From a virus, in IMG/VR virus record IMGVR_UViG_3300045988_159010: a stretch of DNA of 64,000 nucleotides. One strand, 5' to 3'. A program made the position numbers and the translations under genes. Of the stretch, positions 55,449 through 63,780 are shown one piece after another. The first letter of the stretch is position 1. Each line of letters begins with the position of its first letter. The notes under the pieces are model-generated. The model was not told the DNA's origin. It did no database searches and saw only the letters and a list, made by a program, of their open reading frames with translations.

Positions 55449-55598
55449 TCAATCCTCCACCAGATTTTCCCTGATAAATTCATCATCTTCATAGAAGTAT
55501 TCGCCCCAAGAGTATTGGCAAATCCACAAGGCGTCTGTATCATCCCACTGGATGACTTGGGCGGTATAACCGCCCTTGTTAAATCTCTTTCCTCTCAT
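55449..55598 (-). CDS. small protein (49 aa)
   Basis: GAAGGATTTTAACGA-ATG; MRGKRFNKGGYTAQVIQWDDTDALWICQYSWGEYFYEDDEFIRENLVED. Confidence 0.3.
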   Translation of the reverse strand: MRGKRFNKGGYTAQVIQWDDTDALWICQYSWGEYFYEDDEFIRENLVED

Positions 55599-55870
55599 TC
55601 GTTAAAATCCTTCTTTCCGTCAAGAATTGCTTCAATTTCAGAAGTGGTCAGGCGGTCAACCTTTTCTTCAATCTCATTGAGAATTTCTCCGTCATCCCCG
55701 CAGATTTCATCGGTGATGTTCAACCATTCATCATAGATGTGAAGCAGGACAAAATCGCCCGATTCGATTGTTGCACCACAACAGCCGCAGATAATTTCAT
55801 CTCTGTCCTGATTCCAGATACCCGTTTGAACAGTTCCTTCATTGTCCATGAAAATAACCTGATAATTCAT
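55595..55870 (-). CDS. hypothetical protein (91 aa) with CxxC pair
   Basis: ORF. Confidence 0.45.
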   Translation of the reverse strand: MNYQVIFMDNEGTVQTGIWNQDRDEIICGCCGATIESGDFVLLHIYDEWLNITDEICGDDGEILNEIEEKVDRLTTSEIEAILDGKKDFNE

Positions 55871-55925
55871 TGTATCATTTCCTTTCCTTTTGATAAATCA
55901 ATTATATCACAGGTCAAGGGGCTTG

Positions 55926-56336
55926 TCAAGCCCCTTGATTAAATTTCTTGCCAATTTCCTGAATATCTTCAAGAACTTCTTCATAAGACCGCCACTCGCC
56001 ATAATGGTATTCAGGGTCATAATACCACAGACCATAGTAGTCAATCAGTCCCATGACAATTTTAATGGGAACTTCATAGCCCATTTCATCAAAATAATCA
56101 TTGATGAATTGTGCTTGGGCATAAGAATGAATTTCCACCGCCCCAATTTCATCACATTTAGGATAATTAAATCCCTCAATTTCCTTGCCTTCAAGGTCGA
56201 ACAGCGTCAACGGCTCGCAATTTTCAGATTTACATAAATCTTCGTATCTGCATTTCCATTCGTGATGAATACATTCTTCTTCATCGTTGAACACCTGCCC
56301 GCAGAAGTCGCACTCATAGGTTGTAATTTCAGTCAT
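55926..56336 (-). CDS. hypothetical protein (about 136 aa) with N-terminal Zn-finger-like CDFCG...C-x2-H-x3-C
   Basis: conserved leader GAAAGGAATTGATAAAC-ATG at MTEITTYECDFCG. Confidence 0.45.
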   Translation of the reverse strand: MTEITTYECDFCGQVFNDEEECIHHEWKCRYEDLCKSENCEPLTLFDLEGKEIEGFNYPKCDEIGAVEIHSYAQAQFINDYFDEMGYEVPIKIVMGLIDYYGLWYYDPEYHYGEWRSYEEVLEDIQEIGKKFNQGA

Positions 56337-56351
56337 GTTTATCAATTCCTT

Positions 56352-56513
56352 TCACTTAATTTCACCATTTTTGAAATATCCAGTTGCTGGTACTAACTTT
56401 ACTTCTTTTGGATTTATCCAATGCTCTTTCATGTATTTTTCCGCTGTTTCTTCATCTTCAAAAACAAGTCCTGTGAATCTTAACCCACATTCATATTTCA
56501 TCAATGCTATCAT
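56352..56513 (-). CDS. small protein (53 aa)
   Basis: MIALMKYECGLRFTGLVFEDEETAEKYMKEHWINPKEVKLVPATGYFKNGEIK; GAAAGGAATTGATACT leader. Confidence 0.3.
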   Translation of the reverse strand: MIALMKYECGLRFTGLVFEDEETAEKYMKEHWINPKEVKLVPATGYFKNGEIK

Positions 56514-56619
56514 AGTATCAATTCCTTTCCTTTTGGTACTATTATTATATCAAATTTTTTTTAATTTGTCAAGCCGGTTGGGAATTTTTTTTTATAATTT
56601 TTTTCCCAACCGGCATTTT

Positions 56620-56943
56620 TTATTTCATGATTGAAGAAAATTCTTCTGTGTGTCCACAACTATCGCAAGTATAGTAATAATCTTTTGAACCGCGATAATT
56701 TGTAGCACTTGAAAATTGATACTGACCGCCACATTCACAATAACCATTATTCCAGCGGTCATGATTGCTTTCTTGTTCTTTGTACAATAGAGTTGCAACG
56801 CCAAAACCAATAGCAATCGCAATCAGAACAGCAACAACTCTACCATGCCAAGTTTCAGGGGCAACAATGGCGATCATTAAAGGAAGAATGGTTAAAACTA
56901 ACCAAGCAAAATAAAAACCCGGATTTGTAAGCATTTGTATCAC
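56620..56943 (-). CDS. membrane protein with C-terminal Zn-ribbon (107 aa)
   Basis: two TM helices; CECGG...CDSCGH. Confidence 0.45.
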   Translation of the reverse strand: MIQMLTNPGFYFAWLVLTILPLMIAIVAPETWHGRVVAVLIAIAIGFGVATLLYKEQESNHDRWNNGYCECGGQYQFSSATNYRGSKDYYYTCDSCGHTEEFSSIMK

Positions 56944-56946
56944 TCC

Positions 56947-57258
56947 TTAAATATAAATGATTCCATTGCCACCAGCAGGCGGATTCAGATTGTCTACGGT
57001 GATGTCAGTAGCCGCGTCCTGGCCATCTTCGTCTTCATACTCAACATGGAATGTCAAATCTCCAACATTATCCAGATAATCCTGAACAGACTTGATGATT
57101 GCGGCCATGTATTTTGCTTCTTTCTCTTGGTCTAACTGGTTAATTCTTTCCTTGGCTAATGCAATTAAGGTCTGTAATTCTTCCGGCTTCCTGTTATTTA
57201 TGTAGTCGTTCAAGTCCTGCAAATTCATTGCTTTAACAATAGCGGCGTCCATAATCAT
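56947..57258 (-). CDS. hypothetical acidic protein (about 103 aa)
   Basis: AAGGAATTGATAAAA-ATG leader. Confidence 0.45.
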   Translation of the reverse strand: MIMDAAIVKAMNLQDLNDYINNRKPEELQTLIALAKERINQLDQEKEAKYMAAIIKSVQDYLDNVGDLTFHVEYEDEDGQDAATDITVDNLNPPAGGNGIIYI

Positions 57259-57382
57259 TTTTATCAATTCCTTTCTTAATTTGTATCTTAATTATACACG
57301 GTTTCAGGATTTTTGTCTATTGGCAGAATAACCAAATTTGTGAGTAAAAAATTGTGCAATGTGCCAAAAATCTAAAAATCCT

Positions 57383-57410
57383 CGCGGCTGGACCGTGGCC
57401 GCGAGGCTCA
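57383..57410 (-). terminator. hairpin CCTCGCGGC-N9-GCCGCGAGG followed by CTCAAAAAA
   Basis: conserved intergenic module. Confidence 0.5.
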
Positions 57411-57460
57411 AAAAATAACACAAGGGACTTATTTTATCAAGCCCCTTGTGTTATTTTTTT

Positions 57461-57910
57461 TTAATCCTCAATTACAGTACCAAGGTAGCGGGCAATCATC
57501 ATCACTTCACAGCCCATGTCTTGTGAATCGCAAACCACATATCCCACGCGGTCACCATCTGCGTCAATCGGGTAAACGCCGTAAGTGGCATTGTATTCAA
57601 ATGGTTCGTCTTCATCTTCCCAGGTCTTTGAGACATAGGACGGAAAGTTTTCCATACCTCGCAATTTTGTATCAGCGTCATAAATTGCAATAGGACGCAA
57701 ACCGGAATTTGATGCCATTTTAATAGCAATTCGTAAGGGTTCTTCTGCAAGGGAACCAAGTGTTGAATACTTCTGAAAATAAACGCCGTTATTTTCAATA
57801 AAGATTTCAAGTGGGTCACCCTCATGAATCTTTAAGCTACGGCGAATTTCTTTCGGAATAACAACACGTCCAAGGTCATCAATTCTGCGAATAATGCCAG
57901 TTGCTTTCAT
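57461..57910 (-). CDS. AbrB/SpoVT-family transition-state-regulator-like DNA-binding protein (about 149 aa)
   Basis: MKATGIIRRIDDLGRVVIPKEIRRSLKIHEGDPLEIFIENNGVYFQKY closely parallels B. subtilis AbrB MKSTGIVRKVDELGRVVIPIELRRTLGIAEKDALEIYVDDEKIILKKY; conserved leader. Confidence 0.6.
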   Translation of the reverse strand: MKATGIIRRIDDLGRVVIPKEIRRSLKIHEGDPLEIFIENNGVYFQKYSTLGSLAEEPLRIAIKMASNSGLRPIAIYDADTKLRGMENFPSYVSKTWEDEDEPFEYNATYGVYPIDADGDRVGYVVCDSQDMGCEVMMIARYLGTVIED

Positions 57911-57946
57911 TTTTATCAATTCCTTTCTTTTGATAGCCCTATTGTA

Positions 57947-58318
57947 TCACAATAGGGCTTTATTCTCTTTCTTAATGGTATAATAAGTTTTATTTCTTTT
58001 GTGAGTACAGTTAAGTTTGTTATCAAAATAGGCAAGCTGAATAGCATACCATGCGATAGCCTGACAAGGAATTTCTTCGTTGACTGCTCGGTAAATATCA
58101 AACTGCATATCTGTCGGAGTCAATGCTTTATCTGCATGATTCAAAACCAAAAGGATTAGACCCTTAATCTTTTCAGCTTTTTCTGCCTGAATAGCGTGCC
58201 GACGTTCAAGTTCTTCTTCATGCTTTTGACAAGCTCTTTCAAGAACGTACTTGTCATAGCTTGATAATTCAGAACCCTCGGTGAGTTTTTTCAATACAGA
58301 GTAAATTCCATAATTCAT
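57947..58318 (-). CDS. hypothetical protein (123 aa)
   Basis: ORF with conserved leader. Confidence 0.45.
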   Translation of the reverse strand: MNYGIYSVLKKLTEGSELSSYDKYVLERACQKHEEELERRHAIQAEKAEKIKGLILLVLNHADKALTPTDMQFDIYRAVNEEIPCQAIAWYAIQLAYFDNKLNCTHKRNKTYYTIKKENKALL

Positions 58319-58386
58319 GGTATCAATTCCTTTCTTAATTTGTATAGTTATTGTATCACATTAGGGGTTGTTTGTCAACCCCTAAT

Positions 58387-58800
58387 TTATTTAATCATCG
58401 GGCAAGTGTTCATTCCATTGTCTTTCATCCAGCGGATAAAATCTTCTGCGGACAATTCTCCCGACAACTTCTTGAAACTCATGTCATAATCAATTGGTTT
58501 ATAAATTGTTTCACGTGAAACAGGGAAACTGATTTTTTCGGGCTTGTATTCTTCGCCTTTCCAGTATCTCATATCCTCGATATGGAATTTTTTGATTCTT
58601 CTGTCAAAAGTTCCACGCTTAATAGAACCATTGACATAGTTACTGCAAATAGCTACTGCAAGGTTTGTTGTGTTTTTAATTGTCAATACTTCATTTTCAG
58701 GCGGTTCGGGGCGATAAACAAGTTGCGGGTCCCAATTCAGAATAGGCTCTTGACCATCATTCATTTTCATGTAAATGCGTTTCCAATACAGATTTTTCAT
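58387..58800 (-). CDS. hypothetical protein (137 aa)
   Basis: ORF. Confidence 0.45.
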   Translation of the reverse strand: MKNLYWKRIYMKMNDGQEPILNWDPQLVYRPEPPENEVLTIKNTTNLAVAICSNYVNGSIKRGTFDRRIKKFHIEDMRYWKGEEYKPEKISFPVSRETIYKPIDYDMSFKKLSGELSAEDFIRWMKDNGMNTCPMIK

Positions 58801-58920
58801 AGTTCATTCTCCTTACTTATTATCTCTTGGAACAATTATAGTATAACAGGTATCGGGAAAAAAGTCAACTGTCATTTTGCACAAAATTTGGGGTAAAAAA
58901 TTGGTGAAAATGCTGAAAAT

Positions 58921-58955
58921 CTAAAATGCCTGCCGCGGCGTGGGATCGCGGCAGG
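58921..58955 (-). terminator. hairpin GCCTGCCGCG-N11-CGCGGCAGGC followed by TCAAATAG; near-identical to 61103-61132
   Basis: conserved intergenic module. Confidence 0.5.
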
Positions 58956-59030
58956 CTCAAATAGAATTTCCATTTAATTCCAATAGACAAGTAAGAAAAT
59001 GGGAATCCAAAATCTGGATTCCCAAATTTT

Positions 59031-59318
59031 TCAAATAGGAAGTGAATTGAGAGGACAAGGAAAAACTGTAATACCAACATTTGGTTTCAGCAAGAATTTG
59101 GCATCTTCTCCGATATAATCAAAACTGAAAACTGCCCATTCAGTTTCGATATCTTCATCATCCAGCATCAGATTTTGCCAAGCAGGATTTACTGTGGAAA
59201 CCTTGTCAAAAATTGTCTGGACTGCTTCTTTCGCTTTCTCAAAACTGTCGAATGCACAATCCAAATCGTTGAAATCTGCTTCTTCAAAATGAACTACCCA
59301 AATAACCTTTGTTTCCAT
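59031..59318 (-). CDS. hypothetical acidic protein (about 95 aa)
   Basis: ORF; start placed at METKVIWVVHF. Confidence 0.4.
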   Translation of the reverse strand: METKVIWVVHFEEADFNDLDCAFDSFEKAKEAVQTIFDKVSTVNPAWQNLMLDDEDIETEWAVFSFDYIGEDAKFLLKPNVGITVFPCPLNSLPI

Positions 59319-59392
59319 TTTTATCCATCCAGCCCAAGGCAATCAAAATTTTAATGTCCGTTGCTTCTTCAAGCAAAATGTCAAGCTGTTCG

Positions 59393-59590
59393 TCATTCAT
59401 TTGATTCTTCTCCCCAAGTAATAATTTTTGTGTAGGTCTTTACTCCGAACATAAGTCTTTTCATGTCTAAAATAAATGAATCGGCATCACGTTCTGTGCG
59501 AAAATCTAATTCATTGTTATAATATACTCTTTTTTCATCATAGCCTGAATATTTGACAGTAATTTTTTTAGGAATCATCATCTTCATCGT
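59393..59590 (-). CDS. hypothetical protein (about 65 aa)
   Basis: start MKMMIPKK overlapping upstream stop. Confidence 0.35.
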   Translation of the reverse strand, partial: TMKMMIPKKITVKYSGYDEKRVYYNNELDFRTERDADSFILDMKRLMFGVKTYTKIITWGEESNE

Positions 59591-59786
59591 CTCCCCAAAT
59601 GGCAACAGCCAAAGTATAACAGTCATTTTGTAAATCAGAATGAATTTCAAACAGTTTATCACTTAATTCTTGTGCGTTTGTAAAATCATAAGGATTTGAG
59701 ATATTCTTTTTTTCACAGTAAACTTTTCCAGCTAATTTTCCGATTCGATTTGCTAAATCGGCAAGTTCTTTAAGAATATCATTCAT
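59568..59786 (-). CDS. hypothetical acidic protein (72 aa)
   Basis: AAGGGGAAAATAAA-ATG. Confidence 0.4.
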   Translation of the reverse strand: MNDILKELADLANRIGKLAGKVYCEKKNISNPYDFTNAQELSDKLFEIHSDLQNDCYTLAVAIWGDDEDDDS

Positions 59787-59810
59787 TTTATTTTCCCCTT
59801 ATGGGCTGGA

Positions 59811-60284
59811 TTATTCCAGCCCATTCAAAATTTCTTTCAATACTTCCAGAATGTCAACCTTAGTTGGGTCGATTGCTCCGCCCAAGTTCCAATCTCTGCG
59901 GACTCTTGCATCATCATCAAAAATCAGGGCTTCTTCATCATCAGCAAGTCGTGCGGCTTCAACCTTATGCTTCGGCGTTCCATAAGCTACACAGCGAAGA
60001 CTGTCAAATGGAAAACCATATTCTTTCAGCCAAGCACGCTTCGCTTTTCTGACTTCATCATCATACTGCTTGTTCGGCTCTTTTGACAGCCAAGTGATAA
60101 CTGCAACATTGATACCGCAATTCTGCAAGCTACGGAGCAGACAGGCAAGTTCTGCCATATCAACCAGCGGTTCGGCGGTCTGATAGGGTGTAGGGTCATA
60201 GGCTCGAATTTTATCAAGCCAATCTTCCACACCATAGAGGTCAACCAGAGTTCCATCAAGATCGAAACACAATTCCTTAATCAT
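59811..60284 (-). CDS. HAD-superfamily phosphatase (157 aa), nucleotidase-like
   Basis: motif I FDLDGTLVD; small cap-less HAD size typical of phage 5'(3')-nucleotidases. Confidence 0.55.
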   Translation of the reverse strand: MIKELCFDLDGTLVDLYGVEDWLDKIRAYDPTPYQTAEPLVDMAELACLLRSLQNCGINVAVITWLSKEPNKQYDDEVRKAKRAWLKEYGFPFDSLRCVAYGTPKHKVEAARLADDEEALIFDDDARVRRDWNLGGAIDPTKVDILEVLKEILNGLE

Positions 60285-60355
60285 TTTATCATTTCCTTTC
60301 TCTTTTGGAGTATCTTTATTATAACAGGTTCAACCAAATTTGTCAAGTGTTTTTT

Positions 60356-60739
60356 TCAAACTAATTTAATATTTTTATAGTTTTCAATAGCCCAAGCACT
60401 TGCAAATGGCATAATAGACATATCTTTTACACCATTATTTACACTCATTTGGATATTTTTCCCAAGAGCATAAGCATATCCGATTTCCCAAGCTGTTCCA
60501 GAATCAGAATACAGACCATCATATACGACAAACACCATGTCACATTCTTGAATGGCGGCAATATCCATTTTGAAAACTTCCCTTGCCCAATCCTCTTGTG
60601 ACATTTCCCAAGCATTTGGAACTGTATGTTCTTGCGGCACAAATACATCATACCCAAGCCGCCGGAAACCAGCCGCATATGAATCAATTCTTGATTTTGT
60701 CTCAGGGCGGAAGAACGCACCTGCCATATAGATTTTCAT
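60356..60739 (-). CDS. nucleoside 2-deoxyribosyltransferase / dNMP N-hydrolase-family protein (about 127 aa)
   Basis: MKIYMAGAFF...PQEH...YDGLYSDSGTAWEIGYAYALGK family signature; GAAAGGAGAATCTGAT-ATG. Confidence 0.5.
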   Translation of the reverse strand: MKIYMAGAFFRPETKSRIDSYAAGFRRLGYDVFVPQEHTVPNAWEMSQEDWAREVFKMDIAAIQECDMVFVVYDGLYSDSGTAWEIGYAYALGKNIQMSVNNGVKDMSIMPFASAWAIENYKNIKLV

Positions 60740-60753
60740 ATCAGATTCTCCTT

Positions 60754-60921
60754 TCAAGAACCGATTGACAAAATATTTCCATTTTTGTCAAATTCAAACA
60801 TAATGTCTTCGCCTAAACAGGCGTTCTCAATTTCGACATATACATCAGTGCTGGTAATAATAGGTTGTAGGCTTTTGTTCAGATGTTCCAAAATCTGGTT
60901 GAGGGCTTCGCGGTCAGTCAT
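60754..60921 (-). CDS. small protein (55 aa)
   Basis: GGAAAGGAAATAAATCAA-ATG; MTDREALNQILEHLNK... Confidence 0.4.
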   Translation of the reverse strand: MTDREALNQILEHLNKSLQPIITSTDVYVEIENACLGEDIMFEFDKNGNILSIGS

Positions 60922-61102
60922 TTGATTTATTTCCTTTCCTCTTGGATTGTTTATAGTATAGCACAGGGCAAGCCAAATGTCAAGACATAAAATGGAAAAT
61001 GTTTTCGTCAAATTGCACAAAGATTTTGGGAAAAATTTCCAAGAGCTGGGCTGGAAGGATTTGGAAAACTTTTTTACGTTAGCACTTTAATTCGCGAAAT
61101 TC

Positions 61103-61132
61103 CGGCCGCGGCGTGGGATCGCGGCCGGCTCA
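61103..61132 (-). terminator. hairpin GCCGGCCGCG-N10-CGCGGCCGGC followed by TCAAATG
   Basis: conserved intergenic module. Confidence 0.5.
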
Positions 61133-61312
61133 AATGAATTTCCAAATTATGGGATTGCCAAAATTTTCCGCATTTGATTTTTCGACTGGAAAATTATAGA
61201 ATTGAAACAGAAATAAAAATTATTTTTTTTATATAAAAAATTATATTATTTTTTTCTATAATTTTCAAATAAGAATTTCCTCCCAAAATATGGGAGGAAA
61301 CTCAAATTGATT

Positions 61313-61531
61313 TTAGAATTTATAATGCGGAATTTCGGAAGCGTCAAGAACTCTTGCGATAGGTTCATCATTTTCGACTAACATATAGTCTTTTCCACAG
61401 TGCTTCTGAATATGGGATTCAGCTTCTGAACGGCACGAGGCATCTACAAAAAACAGACGCGGCCAGTCTTTTGTGGGGAAGAAGTTAATTACCAGATATT
61501 TCCACGTCTTATCTCCTTCCATTTTTACCAC
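61313..61531 (-). CDS. hypothetical protein (72 aa)
   Basis: ORF. Confidence 0.4.
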   Translation of the reverse strand: MVKMEGDKTWKYLVINFFPTKDWPRLFFVDASCRSEAESHIQKHCGKDYMLVENDEPIARVLDASEIPHYKF

Positions 61532-61755
61532 TCCTTAATATTCAGTGTAGCTTCTACGGCGTAGACTTTTGCATCATCAGGGAAACAGTCAAATTCTCCG
61601 GTAGCTAAATCAATTGCGTTAATTTCATCGCCCTCATTGTCGATACATTCTGTTTTCATATGAATTGTGTCTGTCCTTGGGTCGCGGAAAACAGTTCCAA
61701 CTTCCAAGGAAGCGAAATGTCTAAATTCTTTTTTCTGTGCAAATTCGATTTTCAT
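61525..61755 (-). CDS. hypothetical protein (76 aa)
   Basis: ORF. Confidence 0.4.
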   Translation of the reverse strand: MKIEFAQKKEFRHFASLEVGTVFRDPRTDTIHMKTECIDNEGDEINAIDLATGEFDCFPDDAKVYAVEATLNIKEW

Positions 61756-61757
61756 TT

Positions 61758-62081
61758 TTATTTTTCCTTTCTATGTTTAATTAGCTTTTTTGCCATGTTC
61801 TTCTGAATTGCGTCATATACCACTTTCGGCATTTTCATCTGCCCGTTTCGTCTGAAAATTGCAGTTGCTTTGTCCATGTTGACATAATATAATGTGATTA
61901 GAAATTCCATCCGGCTATCTGTAATCAAAATCACTCCTGTACTTGTAATAATTTGCCATTTGTCCTCATATTTGAATTTTGCAACAGGTTCGCCAAGTCC
62001 GGTATTCATTTGAATTTCAACATATCTATCCAAGCGGTCTTCCTTGATATGCTGACTAACTTGCAATTTTGTGATATCCAT
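61758..62081 (-). CDS. hypothetical protein (107 aa)
   Basis: ORF. Confidence 0.45.
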   Translation of the reverse strand: MDITKLQVSQHIKEDRLDRYVEIQMNTGLGEPVAKFKYEDKWQIITSTGVILITDSRMEFLITLYYVNMDKATAIFRRNGQMKMPKVVYDAIQKNMAKKLIKHRKEK

Positions 62082-62111
62082 TTTAATTTCCTCCTTTTGG
62101 AAGAGGGCTTT

Positions 62112-62303
62112 TTAGCCCTCATTCCTATCATCTTCAATCCAACGGTTAAGGAACTGTTCGCAAGATTCATCCGGATTATCAATAACCGCTTTCTCACAAG
62201 CCTTCTGAAAAGGACAGGCTTCACAAGAAGGAAGGTGTTTAATAAGTTCAATCAGCATTTTCTTATCAAGAATGTTATTTGCAAATTCAGACATTTTCAT
62301 TTT
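62112..62303 (-). CDS. small Cys-containing protein (about 63 aa)
   Basis: GGGGGGGGGAAAATAAAA-ATG at MKMSEFANN; CEACPFQKACE...C. Confidence 0.4.
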   Translation of the reverse strand, partial: KMKMSEFANNILDKKMLIELIKHLPSCEACPFQKACEKAVIDNPDESCEQFLNRWIEDDRNEG

Positions 62304-62319
62304 TATTTTCCCCCCCCCC

Positions 62320-62460
62320 TTAATCAATATAAGTAGACATTAGACAAACCCATTCGCGGTTCTCATACTTTGGGCTTCTTTCCCTAGCGTCTGCTAGGGA
62401 ATAGCCATATGCAGTTTCAATTTCACCCGTGTTGACGTTGTACATTTCAAATTCAAACAT
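62320..62460 (-). CDS. small protein (46 aa)
   Basis: GAGGAGGACTAACATC-ATG; MFEFEMYNVNTGEIETAYGYSLADARERSPKYENREWVCLMSTYID. Confidence 0.35.
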   Translation of the reverse strand: MFEFEMYNVNTGEIETAYGYSLADARERSPKYENREWVCLMSTYID

Positions 62461-62464
62461 GATG

Positions 62465-62626
62465 TTAGTCCTCCTCGATGCAACCGCAGACTGTGTACCA
62501 CAGACCCATATACTCGTCATAATTACGGGCATATGTATTGCAGAAGTCATTGATGGATTCCGCACTGAAATCATGGTCATTATCAATCCATTCGTTCAGC
62601 AGTTCAGCGATTCTTTCAGTAGTCAT
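62465..62626 (-). CDS. small acidic Cys-containing protein (53 aa)
   Basis: TGGAGATACAAAAA-ATG; MTTERIAELLNEWIDNDHDFSAESINDFCNTYARNYDEYMGLWYTVCGCIEED. Confidence 0.35.
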   Translation of the reverse strand: MTTERIAELLNEWIDNDHDFSAESINDFCNTYARNYDEYMGLWYTVCGCIEED

Positions 62627-63038
62627 TTTTTGTATCTCCATTTCATTTTTTATCTGTTCCCTTGGAACAATTATATATTAGCACACCCTATGGCAAATGT
62701 CAATAGGAAAGTCAAATTTTTTTATTCGTCAATATGCACAAAGATTTTGGAAATAAATGGTATGGAATTATATACCATAAGCTGGTAGGATATGGGAAAT
62801 GGAACATAATGTCAGATATGGTAAAATTTGACTGGAAATATTCGGAATTGGTATTAAATGGAAAATGCGGGGCGTGGCGAGCCTGCTGTGGATATAGCAA
62901 TTTCGCCACGCCCCGGCGAGGAACTTCATTTGATTAAAGTGATGATGAATTAAAGAAAATGAATATTCATTTTGAAATGTATAAATATTCATTTCCAAAA
63001 GATAGAAAAATGGGGCTGATTTCCAGCCCCATATGGAA

Positions 63039-63350
63039 TTAAATGTAAAGGCAAGCCGGATTGCCACGCCATCTGTAAATCGAAAGCTGATTACATTTCT
63101 TGCCAATTTCAACCGCCTCGCGTTTTGTGGAAACTCGTTTGGAAATGTCAATGTAATATCTGCCATTTTCAACCCAAACGCCGCATGTGCCCTTGAACTC
63201 TCGAACCGCCTGTATTGCCATTTCAGGGCTTATGACCTCGACGCCATTAGTAGCTACCTGATAGCCGCTCTTGTACCTCTTGATTTTTCCATTTTTAAGA
63301 GTCAGGCCATCGCCGTCAGCCAGTTTCTTGATTGTGCGAATGTTAATCAT
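63039..63350 (-). CDS. hypothetical protein (103 aa)
   Basis: AACAGAAAGGAATTGATAAT-ATG leader. Confidence 0.45.
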   Translation of the reverse strand: MINIRTIKKLADGDGLTLKNGKIKRYKSGYQVATNGVEVISPEMAIQAVREFKGTCGVWVENGRYYIDISKRVSTKREAVEIGKKCNQLSIYRWRGNPACLYI

Positions 63351-63383
63351 ATTATCAATTCCTTTCTGTTGGTGAAGAGGGTC

Positions 63384-63626
63384 TTACCCCTCTTCACTCC
63401 AATTTGCCCTAGACCTATCAAGGTCTACCTTAAAGACTTCCCAATGCTGGGGAATGATTTCAAACTCCCGTGTTGAGAGGTTGAAAGCATTAGAGCCATC
63501 CGCCCAGCCTTCTGCACCAACTGGGATATAGAGAATATCATCCCATTCCCCGTTGAGAGTAAAGAGGTCATGTGCTCCAAGGGCTCCTTCCTGTGTCCAT
63601 TCACCAGACCATTTATGATTTTTCAT
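63384..63626 (-). CDS. hypothetical protein (80 aa)
   Basis: ORF. Confidence 0.4.
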   Translation of the reverse strand: MKNHKWSGEWTQEGALGAHDLFTLNGEWDDILYIPVGAEGWADGSNAFNLSTREFEIIPQHWEVFKVDLDRSRANWSEEG

Positions 63627-63627
63627 T

Positions 63628-63780
63628 TTAATCCTCCATCATCACGAAAAAGTTCCAAGAGGGATATTCAGGTCTGCCGCCAGCAGGATTATTGTGGCGG
63701 ACCACCTGACAAAATGAAACAGAAATCCAGAGCATAATGATAATGCCGGATAGGGTCAACGCGAGTTTGAGATTTTTCAT
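63628..63780 (-). CDS. small secreted or membrane protein (about 50 aa)
   Basis: CGGAAAGGAATTTTTGAA-ATG; MKNLKLALTLSGIIIMLWISVSF signal/TM. Confidence 0.4.
   Translation of the reverse strand: MKNLKLALTLSGIIIMLWISVSFCQVVRHNNPAGGRPEYPSWNFFVMMED

Noticed and set aside
62734-62937. Plus-strand ORF (67 aa) in the GC-rich block
   Set aside because: It lies entirely within a conserved intergenic module. The CACAAAGATTTTGG segment and the 12-bp hairpin GGGGCGTGGCGA/TCGCCACGCCCC recur in other intergenic regions. It has no RBS and opposes the local gene orientation.
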